Notes under the pieces: generated by a model
Database searches by the model: none
The model's input: the letters and a program-made list of their open reading frames with translations, nothing else
Told to the model about the DNA's origin: nothing
Assembly: GCF_018977255.1 (NCBI RefSeq)
Contig: NW_024704743.1
Location: 96,784,001-96,848,000 of the forward strand
Length of the DNA stretch: 64,000 nt
Source of the DNA: Callorhinchus milii
Lineage: Eukaryota
Reading direction: 5' to 3'
Program-made: the position numbers and the translations under genes
Shown: positions 10,981 to 22,600 of the stretch, one piece after another
How the letters are laid out: the number at the start of each line of letters is the position of its first letter
How positions within the stretch are numbered: the first letter of the stretch is position 1

Positions 10981-13900
10981 TGCAAGAGTGCTTCCGACTG
11001 AACCAGCCTGACACCTTCAGAGCTGCCTTTCAAAGGTGCCTATATATTCAGGATTTTTACCCTTCTCCTAATATAGCTGAATTGGGTCAGCTTCTGAACC
11101 ACTGCTGAAAAAGCTCCATAACAGGTATGTCTTCAATAGGCATTTGAGTCAGAGCAGTTTGTTGCTGGCATGCTCTTGCCTTTTGTTGCGTTTGCCTCTC
11201 TCATAGAATCATGGCAAACTGCATAGCAGAATTGCACCTTCAGGAGTCCCAACCGCATCGCAGGACAGCTGAGCAAGGCAGCCTCGCAGCAATTCCATAA
11301 TGTAACCGCATTCAGTGCAAAGCCAACTATTAAATATAAACATTTTATTTGAAGGATTCCTGGGTGGTCCTCTGGATTTTTAATATTATTAAAGAATGTA
11401 GCTTAATGTTAACAACTAACCACTATTCACGACTGGGTTAACAGAGCTCTGCTTCAATTTAATTCATCCAAGAGCAGGCAGGACTATGCCTGGCATGGTA
11501 TTTTGCTATTTGACACAACATATAGCCATCAAACAATATTACTATTAAGTGTATGTGTGGTGGATCTACAGCTGTACAAATGGTTATGGGTTCAGGTTAT
11601 AGCATTTGTGTGTCTAGTTCGTCTGTCATTGAGAGAAGATTCTCAATCAGCAGGTGGATGTTGTTCAATCTTAAGGTAGAGAAAAAGAGATAGAACTGTA
11701 ATGATTGCTCACGTCAACTGAGTAGAATAATAATGCAAGGAATATTATTACTGGCAGTATTTGATGTCATCTTCTAGACTACCTTCTTCCCATTACCCAG
11801 GCAGGAAATGAGCAGCAGGTCAGTGCATGTTGCTCACAATACAATGTTTCTGAGGCCAAACATACCCATCTGTTCATCATCACAGTCAAAGGTCATAAAG
11901 GAATGTGCAATGACTGCAAATTCTGATTAATCAGGAAGGCCCCTAACAGAACACTATCTGAAATACATGCTTTCAAATATAGCCATAGTACTTTATTCTC
12001 TTTTAGTCACTTCATTATTTGTACCACATAGCCTAGCACTCCTCTTCACATCATGCTACTTTTTACTTTCCTCTATAATCAAGCCATACATCTGACTTTA
12101 CCATGCCTTGCCAAACTGCAATGGTAATGTGCACCTCTGGTAAAATGTGTATGTTTCTCTTATGTTGGAGGAGGGGAAAGGGAGGGGAAAGATTCTCCTT
12201 GAGCCTTTATCAGACTATGAACATTTTATTCAGCAAACCATAGAACCATGGAACTTTAGAACATAGAAGAAGGCCAATTGACCTATTGGATCTGTCCTGG
12301 CACTTTGAAAGATCAATCCTCCTCAAACAAATTGTTTATCATGTTCCATGCCAGACCACAAAATACAATACGTTATCACAGTAAACCATTTTCATTGAAA
12401 AGGGTGTGGGGGGAGGCGGGGTGTCAACCATGCCTCTCTATGTACATGCTCCCATTCAAATATCCAAATTGGTTGGAAAGAAGACAACTGAATGGATCTC
12501 CTGAGAGGTGATGAGATTTTAAACTGACGTACTGGCTGCCTATTCAGGTAGACGTTAAAGAATATTGTTTTAAAAGAGAAGGGAGTTTCTCCCAGTCACA
12601 TTGGGCAACAATCATCCAAAATAAATTGGTCACTCACCTCCTATCTGTGAGCCATTGCCGCACATAAATTGGTTGTTGCATTTACCTACAAATACACAGT
12701 AGATACACTTAACATAATTACTTGAAAGCATTTTGTCTTGTTTTGACATTATACGTACTAGATCAAATGGAAGAATTATTGGTGTTTGTAAGGTTTTGGG
12801 TTCATAATTTTTTTGCTTGACAATTATGCAATCTTTTTTGGTGGGCAGGCCTGGCTCTTAATGTAACAAGTGTGTACCTATCATTAGCAGGATTGTAACT
12901 AAGGAGGCTACAGAAACCTACACCACACCAACTCTTTGCGTTCAAGGAAGCTGTGTGGAGACGAGCGACCAATGATGGGATAAAGGTGGAATTGATAGGG
13001 GACAAACAATTATAAATATAATTTCAGAGAGTTGGATGTAAAAAAAATACTCTCCAGTTCATTGTTCCATACTTGTCTTTTGACTTTGCTGTGTTTTGTT
13101 GCGCAGATGCTTTTGTTTCAAACTGCAGCGATCTTATTACCTTTTAATGTTAAGGTCGTGGTTTGGGTAAGAGGTAAGTAGCAGAAAAGCACCTGTTTAC
13201 ACTGTGCCTCGTCGGATTCTGTAGTTTGTCTGGAGGTAAATAAGCAGGTAGAGGGCCTGAGATGATGAAAGACAATAGTCCATTACCAATGACTTAATGG
13301 TGCTGTAAAAGAGATAAACTTCTTTGAAGTTATGGCCTCATACAATGTGACCTCAGCAATGACCTTTTCTTAGTCAGAGCTTTTCTTAATCTAACCAGTG
13401 CACACTGAGCATGCAGATTAAACAACCAATTTTAACAAGAGAATAGATAAAGATTTAGAGCAGTAATAACGTTGTTTGATTGATTACTTATCTGCCACTT
13501 ATCTTTTTTCTTACCATTCATTTAAAGCAGGTCATAATCCTCTTGCAATGTGTTTTTACAGAAATGTCAGTTTGACAAAGCAGAAACATACACAAATTTC
13601 TCATGTCGGTTTGACAGAGTACAGCACGTCTCTTTCAAATTGTTCTTGAAAGGAAGTGCTCCTATAGAGATATGTATGTACAGTAAACTGATGGCTACCA
13701 GTCTACCCCCAAATTTCACCAGCCCAGAAGAAGCAGTTGCTTGTTTCAGCCTGTGTTATTACAGGTTGTTATTTCTCTGTCATTTTAAGGTTGCTCCTGT
13801 CACAATCACATCAAGATCCTTATCAACCTCTACATCATTCTGACCTGACAAAAAATGTTAACAGTTTGTGAAGAAGGAATAATGTGAGAAGCAGCTCAGT

Positions 13901-14239
13901 TTGAGATAAAAGTGGTTGCAGGTAGTTCCTTTGTTACTTTAGTAGGATTGCAAACCCAAACTGTTTGTAAAAAAAATGCAGTGAGTTCCAGCAGGAACCA
14001 CGGATGGCAGTGCACTTGTAATTACTGCTGGAATAGTTAAGGGTATGTTTGGGCACGTTGGGAAAGAGGAATGGGGACAGGCGAGACTTGGCTAGAAGCA
14101 TTTACAACCCACAACAAAAAGAAAGCAAAGACTGCTCTGAATTGTTGTCCAGGGGAGTTAGTTGAATTCTTTATTAATTAAATAATTACATCTGCAATAC
14201 AGATTTTTCTTTTCACTTTATTGTGCATCATATTTATTA

Positions 14240-14607
14240 TAATAATAAAAATAATCCTTGCATTTGATTTAGCGCCTTATCATGTTTTTGAGACGTCCCA
14301 AAGTGCTTCACAAAATTTAGTGTAAAGTGAATTGACTGTATATTTTGTGGGCGAAACGCGGCAGTCAATTGAGCAGAGCAATGTCACACAAACAGTCATG
14401 GATTGAAGTGACAAATGTTTTTTGAAGGAATTATTATCCCCAGAAAACAATTGGCCAATCGACTAACAACTGGGTTCCTAACTTACTGCTAGGTAAAAGG
14501 AGGCATGTGGAATAAGGAAACTTGCCCAACATTTCACACTGCCGGGAATTGAACTCAGGTCTCTCGCTTGCGAGGCAAGTGCTCTAACCACTGAGCTACA
14601 GGACTCC
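14240..14607 (-). mobile_element. tRNA-Ala-derived SINE, long variant
   Basis: Reverse complement aligns end to end with the 8184-8542 copy. Confidence 0.85.
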
Positions 14608-14689
14608 ACAAAAAGTGGCAAGCTTTGTTTAATCCCTCCACTGTAGAGTTATTGAGGTAGAAAGTGAGCAAACTGCAGATAAAGTTGTT

Positions 14690-14793
14690 TCACCCGCAAA
14701 ATATGCAGTCAATCCACTTTACAGTATATTCTGTGAAGTGCTTTGAGACCTTTGATAAGGCGTATATCAAATGCAAGGATTATTATTATTATT
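14690..14793 (+). mobile_element. SINE 3'-tail-only fragment (one of many: also ~965, 16770, 18875, 23945, 27792, 30060, 45740, 47115, 47915, 53260, 54805, 56760, 61520)
   Basis: Recurrent motif gtgaagcgctttgagacgtc...atcaaatgcaaggattatt, found on either strand. Confidence 0.75.
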
Positions 14794-17510
14794 AACATCA
14801 ATTTTGATACATATCGGTCTTCTATCTTTGATTCTTATCCCAACTCACTTAAATAATGATGACCCGGCAGGACTAGTAGCAATAGTTATTTGTATTAAGA
14901 TTTACCACCACTTCTTGCTGTGAAAGATTTGTTGCTGTAGAACTCTTAAAATGTATATTCAACCATGTTACCTGACATCAGCAAACAGAGGTCAACTTTA
15001 GGTATGAACTCAATTTTTTAATTAGTGTCTCTAATGTTTAGGTACAGTACTTTAAGATAGAGGTTTAAAGCACAGGAAAGAGTGAAAATTGCAGAGCAGC
15101 CTTAGTTAATCAGACAGAAGACTGTAACAGCAACAACAGGAATGATTAAAAGGCTAAAAACTATCAGCATCTGGGTTAATGGGTGGGAGTCAAGGGTCAT
15201 CTAACCAGTTTGTACGGTGGATTGGAAGCCTGGCTTTTGGTCTTATCCTTCGGTCTGGTAAGAGTCAACCAGTCAAGCAGCAAATAAAAGAAACCAATTC
15301 ATTGAGACATGCAAAGAAGCCAAGCAATTCCACTGAACAACTGAGGAGAATTTTGTTTGCTGACAGCAGTCATCCATGACAGACTCCATCTCCCTCTCTA
15401 ACTCGCCCTCTTCTCCTGTGAGACACACTCAACTAATAGGATGGATCCATCACAAAGAACGGCGAGATTTTTCTTTTCACCCTACCATGCAAGCTCTCTT
15501 GCTTTTGTGTTGAGTTGACAGGCATTTTACTGGTACTACTTGCTTTCCGCAGCTGAGCGTACCTTTCACTGAGCCAAAGTTCAACTACAGGTCAGCCACT
15601 TGTAAATGACAATATTTCTCCAAGTGACTAATATTATAAATAATTCCGCCACATGATTTGGGAAGTTCTTTTGTTGCCAGTGGTGTGGTTTTACATTAAG
15701 TATCAGGCCTTTCAATGCCGCTGGACAACACAACAACTTGATGCAATCGATTTCTTGCAAAGTAGTAACTGAAAGTCCGCTCTCAGAATGGAAACAGCCA
15801 CCTCACATTGGGCCCAAAATTCCACTGAGACAGAAAAGAAGTTAACGACGGAGTTTTAATAGCTCAAGCTTGTTTGACAATGCAAGAAATTACATAGGCC
15901 TCTTTTTCAGGCCTCAAAAAAATGCCGTACTGGCACAAAAATCATTATTGCTCTTATATATGCATATCAGCACAACTTTATTCCTCAAAATTCTATCTCT
16001 TTTTGCCTGCGTTAAGACAAGCATTCTTTTAAATCTACTATATATTCCGATAATATTCCGGAAGATCTTCATAGATGAACCAAACACGTCAGATATGATA
16101 ATATTTATACATTCCTTTAAGTATAGAACACTTTTTTCAACATATCCATAAATGTATGTAATTTTGAGGTTAAAGCTGTAGGTGCTCACACTGGTAATCA
16201 CATTTTATATGTGCTGTGCTCAGACAGTAGTAAACTTGTTCCAATGGCACATCCGAATTATAGCAGTCTAGCCATTGACAAGAACACACCCTTATAGGAG
16301 TTAGGAACAAGTAATGAACAATCTATAAAATTCAATCCATAACTCCTTCAATTGGTGTGCAGCATTGGCAATGGTGCAGCTAAAAGACACCTTGAAAAGG
16401 CAAGCAAGGATAGGTGAATGTGATTAGGAATATCACAATTTTGACTCCTCTGTTTCTACGTTCCTTTAACATTTTAATCCAAATCTTTTGATCTCTTTTT
16501 GAGCATAGCACCAGAATTGGGGAAACTGCTTATTTGAAATGTTTTCATGGACAATGCCCGGATCCACTGTTACTCTCCTTATATTGAATTATTTTTGAAG
16601 TTTGACTCCTCCTGTGTATTCCACACCCCACTTGATCCAATGCTTTTCATCGTTAAACTTAATTTACCATTCCTTCTTGGATTCAACCTCAGTCATGTAA
16701 TTTATAGTGTGTGGACCACCGGTCACTTGTTTCATGATTTTCCTTCCTTAGATCTTAAACATATCATCATGGATAATAATAATTAATATAGCACTTGATC
16801 ATGTCAACGAGGCGTCGCAAAGCGCTTCACAGGATTTCATTGTGAAGTGTAGTGACTGTCTGCCTGTAGGTAAACACAGCAGCCAATTTGTGCACAGCAA
16901 CCTTTCACAGCAACTTATCATCATGGATTTTCTACATAACTACAATTGGATAATTGAAATCAAGCTGCAGAGATTAAAGGTACCAAGATTTTTTTGTCTG
17001 CAAAATATTATACCTTTTGTTTATCTAACTGAGTTGCACGGTGATAAACGGAATATACAAAAATTCAGTGAATAGAAAAGTCAAAAATTAAGTTATCTAC
17101 TTGAAGCTCTAGGTAATTATCTCTGAGTATTATTTTAAGGGAGAGAGTAATAATGCAGAGAGAGAAAACTTGGATAAATGAAAATTAAAATATTTTGCAG
17201 AATATTTTTCTTTGAGCACAGTACCTCATTATCCAGTAAGCAGAAGGATTGCAAGAAATACATATATATGTGATTCCCAAAATATGAATATTAATATTAT
17301 TAAAGCCTATTCATTATCATTGTGTCATATGTCTTATCTACTACAGATTTGGTACCATTCTCATTGTAGATAAGCGATAATTAACATTATTCTACAAATT
17401 TAAAGAAATAATCTTTACATTTCATATAGCGCCTGTCACTTCAGGAGGATATCTCAAACGTTTCACAGGACACAGTATAAAGTGGAGTGACTATATTATG
17501 TAGGCAAATG

Positions 17511-18045
17511 TAGGAACATAGGAATATAGGAATTAGAAGCAGGAGTAGGCCTTTCGGCCCCTCGAGCCTGCCCCGCCCTTCAATAAGATCATGGCTGATC
17601 TTCTAACCTAACTCCATCTGCCCGCCTTATAATAATAATAATCCTTGCATTTGATATAGGGCTTTTCACGTCGGGAGGACGTCCCAAAGCGCTTCACAGA
17701 ACAAACTGTAAAGTGAATTGACTGTATATTTGTGGGCGAACGCGGCAGCCAATTGCGCACAGCAATGTCCCACAAACAGTCGTAGATTGAAAATGACCAA
17801 TTTATTATTGTTTTTGGTTTTGGAGGGATTATTATTAGGCGTGTGGAGTAAGGAAACTTGCCCAAGGTTTCGCCCTGCCTGGAATTGAACTCAGGTCTCT
17901 CGCTTGCAAAGCGAGTGCTCTAACCACTGAGCTACAGGACTCCATCCCTTATCCCCATATCCCTTATTCCCTCTATCCTTTAGAAACCTATCAATCTCAG
18001 TCTTGAATATGTTCAAGGACTGAACATCTACAGTCTTCTGTAGAT
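17511..18045 (-). mobile_element. CR1-type LINE 3' end, split by the SINE at 17629-17943
   Basis: aggaacataggaatataggaattagaagcaggagtaggcctttcggcccctcgagcctg is the reverse complement of the CR1 end seen near 26400; the element resumes after 17943. Confidence 0.75.
17629..17943 (-). mobile_element. tRNA-Ala-derived SINE, short variant, inserted in a CR1 3' end
   Basis: Nearly identical to 55001-55318; complete head and (ATT)n tail. Confidence 0.9.
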
Positions 18046-19492
18046 GTTTCTATAAATTTGCATAACTTCCTCAAGGGTGGGGACTAACTTTTACCATCCA
18101 ATGCTATACCCCTGCACCCACAACTTTAAATAGTGGGTCCAGACACTTCCTCTTGTAGCCAACAACACTATTTGGGTTGAACTGCAGTGTAATTACACAG
18201 AGGGTGAAAAATGCAGTCTATGTTATGATAATTAAGATAATATTCCACAAACCCCAACTGTTGTTATCCAAAGGATGGCAGCTTTGTCCCCACTCGTCTG
18301 ATGAAGTTGGAATGGGGGGGAGGGGCGTTCACCGATAACAACAACTTGCACTTATATAGCACCCTTCATGAGGGTAGCGTCCTGGAGCATCTGAGATATC
18401 GACAAGGGCGGAACATCTGAAAATATGTTCATTATCATTCATCATTTTCCACCCATAATTACCACTGAAGCGAAATATATTATTTCCCACATTTTCGTAT
18501 GGTTATTTAATTCCAATAAAAGCCAATCAACAAAATATAAGCTGTACCATTCTATACAACTTTAACAACTGAAAAGATCCAGATGACCTTTTGCAACCAT
18601 CAGGACTTTTGTTCAATTATTGATAAGTATAGAAAAATGACAATCAACCCCAAACTAAAATGTAAGCCACATTTCAGAGAGTAAAAATCTCATGCTTTAT
18701 TGAAACAATATTAAAAATAAAGACAAAACTATGAAAACCGAGAATATAGGAATGCACAAAACAAAATAGCCCTAAGAAAAATTAGATGGTTTAGAGCTCT
18801 GTAGGAAAGATATTGATGACCTCAAAGAACTAGTCCAGTTAAATACCAACATCAACGGTGCGTGATTCACCATAATAATAAAAATAATAATCCTTGCATT
18901 TGATATAGCGCTTAATCATGTCATCAAGATGTCCTAAACAGCTTCACTGGATATACGTAAAGTAGTGTGACTGTGTGTATATTGTTAAACTAAAATCCAA
19001 CATGTTTATTGCAGCTCAATGTGATTGTGTCCTCACTGCATATCCATGCATCAAACATTCAAGCTAGAGGAAATGGATAATCACAAGATCACAAGATTGG
19101 TTTGGCTCATTTTATCTCATTCTTTCAGAATATTCAAACTTCGGTCTTTCCATTACAGCTCCCTCCGGGAAGAGACTATGTATGCCATTCCAATAATTGG
19201 TGGGATTCATTGAACTCTTAGTCTGGTTTGGATACTCTTAAGCATGATGATGGGCTTCTGCATGTGTCAAACACCCATCTGAGCTCATAATCTAGGGTAG
19301 GCTGTCAGTCCCAATGCAGTATTAAACTGAGATCCCATTTCTCTGTTCTCAGGTGACTGTTAAAGAGCTCATGAAAGGAGAAGGAAGTTTTTCCTTATGT
19401 CCTGAACAACATTACCCTCCATATTAATTGGTCATTTGGCTGGTGTGAGATCTTGCTGCCTGATAAATGACTGTTATATTTGCTTACATGAG

Positions 19493-19683
19493 TAATAATA
19501 AATAATAATAATCCTTGCATTTGATATAGCACTTTATCAGGTCTTCGAGATGTCTCAAAGTGCTTCACAGAATACACTGTAAAGTGAATTGACTGTGTAT
19601 GTTGTGGGCACAACGTGGTAGCCAATTGCGCACAGCAGTGTCCCACAAACAGTCATCGATTGAGTGACCAATTTATTATTATT
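19493..19683 (-). mobile_element. 5'-truncated copy of the same SINE
   Basis: Core and tail match; head absent. Confidence 0.8.
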
Positions 19684-22600
19684 AGATTTGACAGTAATCA
19701 TTTGTGGAGTACTTTTAGACATTTTTACAGGCAAGTATTTTCTACACTAGCCATTAGCCCTGAAATTCACTGCTTCGAAAACCCTAAAACTAAATAGAGC
19801 ATTTTATATTATAAAAATATAATAGATACTCCTGAGTAATTTTAAGGTTGCAGTGTTATCTTAGGTTCTGATTGGTAATAAACCACTGCACCCATGATTT
19901 ATAATATCATCAGAACCTCTTAATCGTATTACAGTCTTATAGTAGTGACTTCCAGGTGAACCTTCTTCTCAGATGAGTAGGTTGGGCATAAATCTTATGT
20001 TGAGCTAGATTGAAAATGCCAGAGAAAACAAAATTATTTGGCTTTGAATAATTACACCTTATTATGATGTTGACAACTGGTAGGTGTTATTAGCCTGGCT
20101 CAATTGATACCACTCTCACTTCTGGGTGGGAAGGTTGTGGGCTCAAGCCACACATGGAACTTTGAACTCGTAGTCTAGGGGGAGAGTTCGATTGATAGAG
20201 GTTTGGTTCTTTGAATGCAATGTTAAACAGAGGTCCCTGTGGTTGTGCTACAGTGATCCTGGATTGGAAAGGAAGAAATCTGCCAGGTTTCCAGGTTTGA
20301 TTATTATTAACTAATGACTGGATAGGTTCCTAGGAAAGGTGGTTTCCTGGACACTGGATTCATGGACACTGGATTCATTTTAAAAAAGCAGCTTGGTGTT
20401 GCAATGGGAAGACAGTATGTTGAGTATTCTGGAAGGAGAGATAATACGAGCTGAAAGGTCTTCTTCATCCAAATTAATCTGACAAAAAAAATGGGGATAA
20501 GAGTATCATATGACAATCTGATAGCATCTATAAATCACAAAAGATTTCATTTCCTCACAATTCAAATGGTACACAACTCGCATATTGGGATTATACATAT
20601 CAAAACAAAGAAGTCTGGTCACCTCAGCATTCTTTACAGTACAGTATTTTGCTTGCTTCATCTGTGCTGGAATATTTCCAACCCCTTCACTTTTACATGG
20701 CTGGTTCCTCAGAGATTTGGAGTTCCCAATGTGGCTGCTTACACCAATGCGACTTCAATGACCTAATAGGAGAAATTATTTACAATTAGCAACTGACCGA
20801 AACAAAGAGAGTAACAGACGATATCTTTAATGTTTTAAAGCAGTGTTTATGCTGCTGCCTTGATTGCTCAAGGAATCACTGTAATATTCAAGCCTGCCAA
20901 ACTTTTGGTAATGTTCCATTGTGGTAATGATTTAGGTGGTAGCACTCTTGCCTCTGGGTGAGAAAAACTAACCTGAGCTTAATACTCTCTGGCATTAAGT
21001 AAACAAGGTGCATCCCTCCAGGAAAAGAGTGTGCATTCCAATCCAGACACAGGGCAATGCCCATGTGTAGGCTCCATGTGTAGCGATTTCAACATGTATG
21101 CAACACCTGACACCCTGCTCCTGGCCTGGCCTCCTCCATTGGTTTCCCTCTCTTATCCTGCCCAAGTGGCTATTGTTCGTATGTAGAGGGACCAGGAGCA
21201 AAACTCGCTGGCTTTGCCCTTATTAACCCTGGGAAGGACATGACCAATTTAGCCTCCCATAGAGCCCTATCTGAGACCAACAAAGTCAGCACAAACCAGA
21301 ATTTGATCCAGCGAACTCCGCATCTGTAAGACTGTAGCTCTATCCATTACACCATCAGGGATGCCTGACACAATACATTTGAAGAGCAGAGATTTCAATG
21401 GTTGAATGGTTGCTACAGACTCCCTGGCACTTTGCTACTTAAGCATGTCATGTGTTCAGCAATATTAACTGTTGCCATCAACATTCGCCAATTCATCACC
21501 CTCAATAACCCAGCAATCTACTTCACTAATTTAGTTTAAATCAGCCCCATGTGGATAATTTTACCTCCAATACCAGATGTCATTATGTTTTCTAATAGCA
21601 AAATGGATTTGTGGCAGATCTTTATCAATCAACTGAAGCAGAAAGCTATGATCCCTTCCTTACCCTTCCAGTAATTCTTATAAACGTTCACCTCAATGAA
21701 AGTTTCTGTAGAGCATGATTACATCAGATTGAGACATTACTCACAATCAGTTTGTTTTCAAGCATTTCTATTTATAAATTTCCTTATTCACATGTGGTAA
21801 ATAATGCATTATGGCAATATTATATCATTGATATGGGTGTGATATGCGATTCATTGCTCCTAGAAATTAATTTATTCTTGTGATAATCAACCGTGGTGCT
21901 TCAGCCATGTAGAATAAAAGAGTGCATGTGGTCCAGAAAAGAAAGCAATTGCATTTTTAATTACTGTCAAGTGTAATGACTGTTTTGGTAGGCAAATCTG
22001 GCAGCCATTTTATGCATTGCATAATCCCACACGCAGCCATGAGGTGAAAGGTCAATTTATCTGGAAAATTAGAAGCCAAGACATTAGCAGAAACTCCCTT
22101 TTGCTTTCAACAACGATTTTCATGTACTTCAGTGCTTTCACATCGGAAAGACATCTCAGAGCACTTTGCACAAATTGACTGCTGATCTTGCTTACACAAC
22201 ACACAGTCACTGCACTTCACAGAAATATATTGCAACTGTGAAAGATGTCATATCAAATGTAAATATTATTATTGTCAGCTGAACTGGGAGAGGTCAGAAT
22301 TGTCATGGAATCTTTCAACGCCACCTGAAGAACAGGCAGATGGGACCTTGGTTCAACATCGTATCTGAAGGATGGCACCTCAAAAAATGCAGTGAACTAA
22401 AGTTGTGTATGTCACCGGGATTTCCTTCAATATTCCTATCAAAGCACTGGACTGCATGAAACACAATGCAATGCTCGGCTGCTATCTAGCACTAGACGAT
22501 TAGTAGGGGATGGAGGTATCACCATGACAATGTCAAATACATTGAGGCACTTGATAGATGGACTATACCATAAAGATCACTGTACCATTGGTACAATAAT

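Noticed and set aside
17870..17943. tRNA-Ala-like sequences (also at 8184, 14535, 55245, 63586)
   Set aside because: They lack a proper acceptor stem and are attached to SINE bodies, so they are SINE heads rather than tRNA genes.
20347..20377. Short tandem duplications (tggacactggattca x2; similar at ~26010, ~28488, ~60768)
   Set aside because: Ordinary slippage duplications with no array structure.
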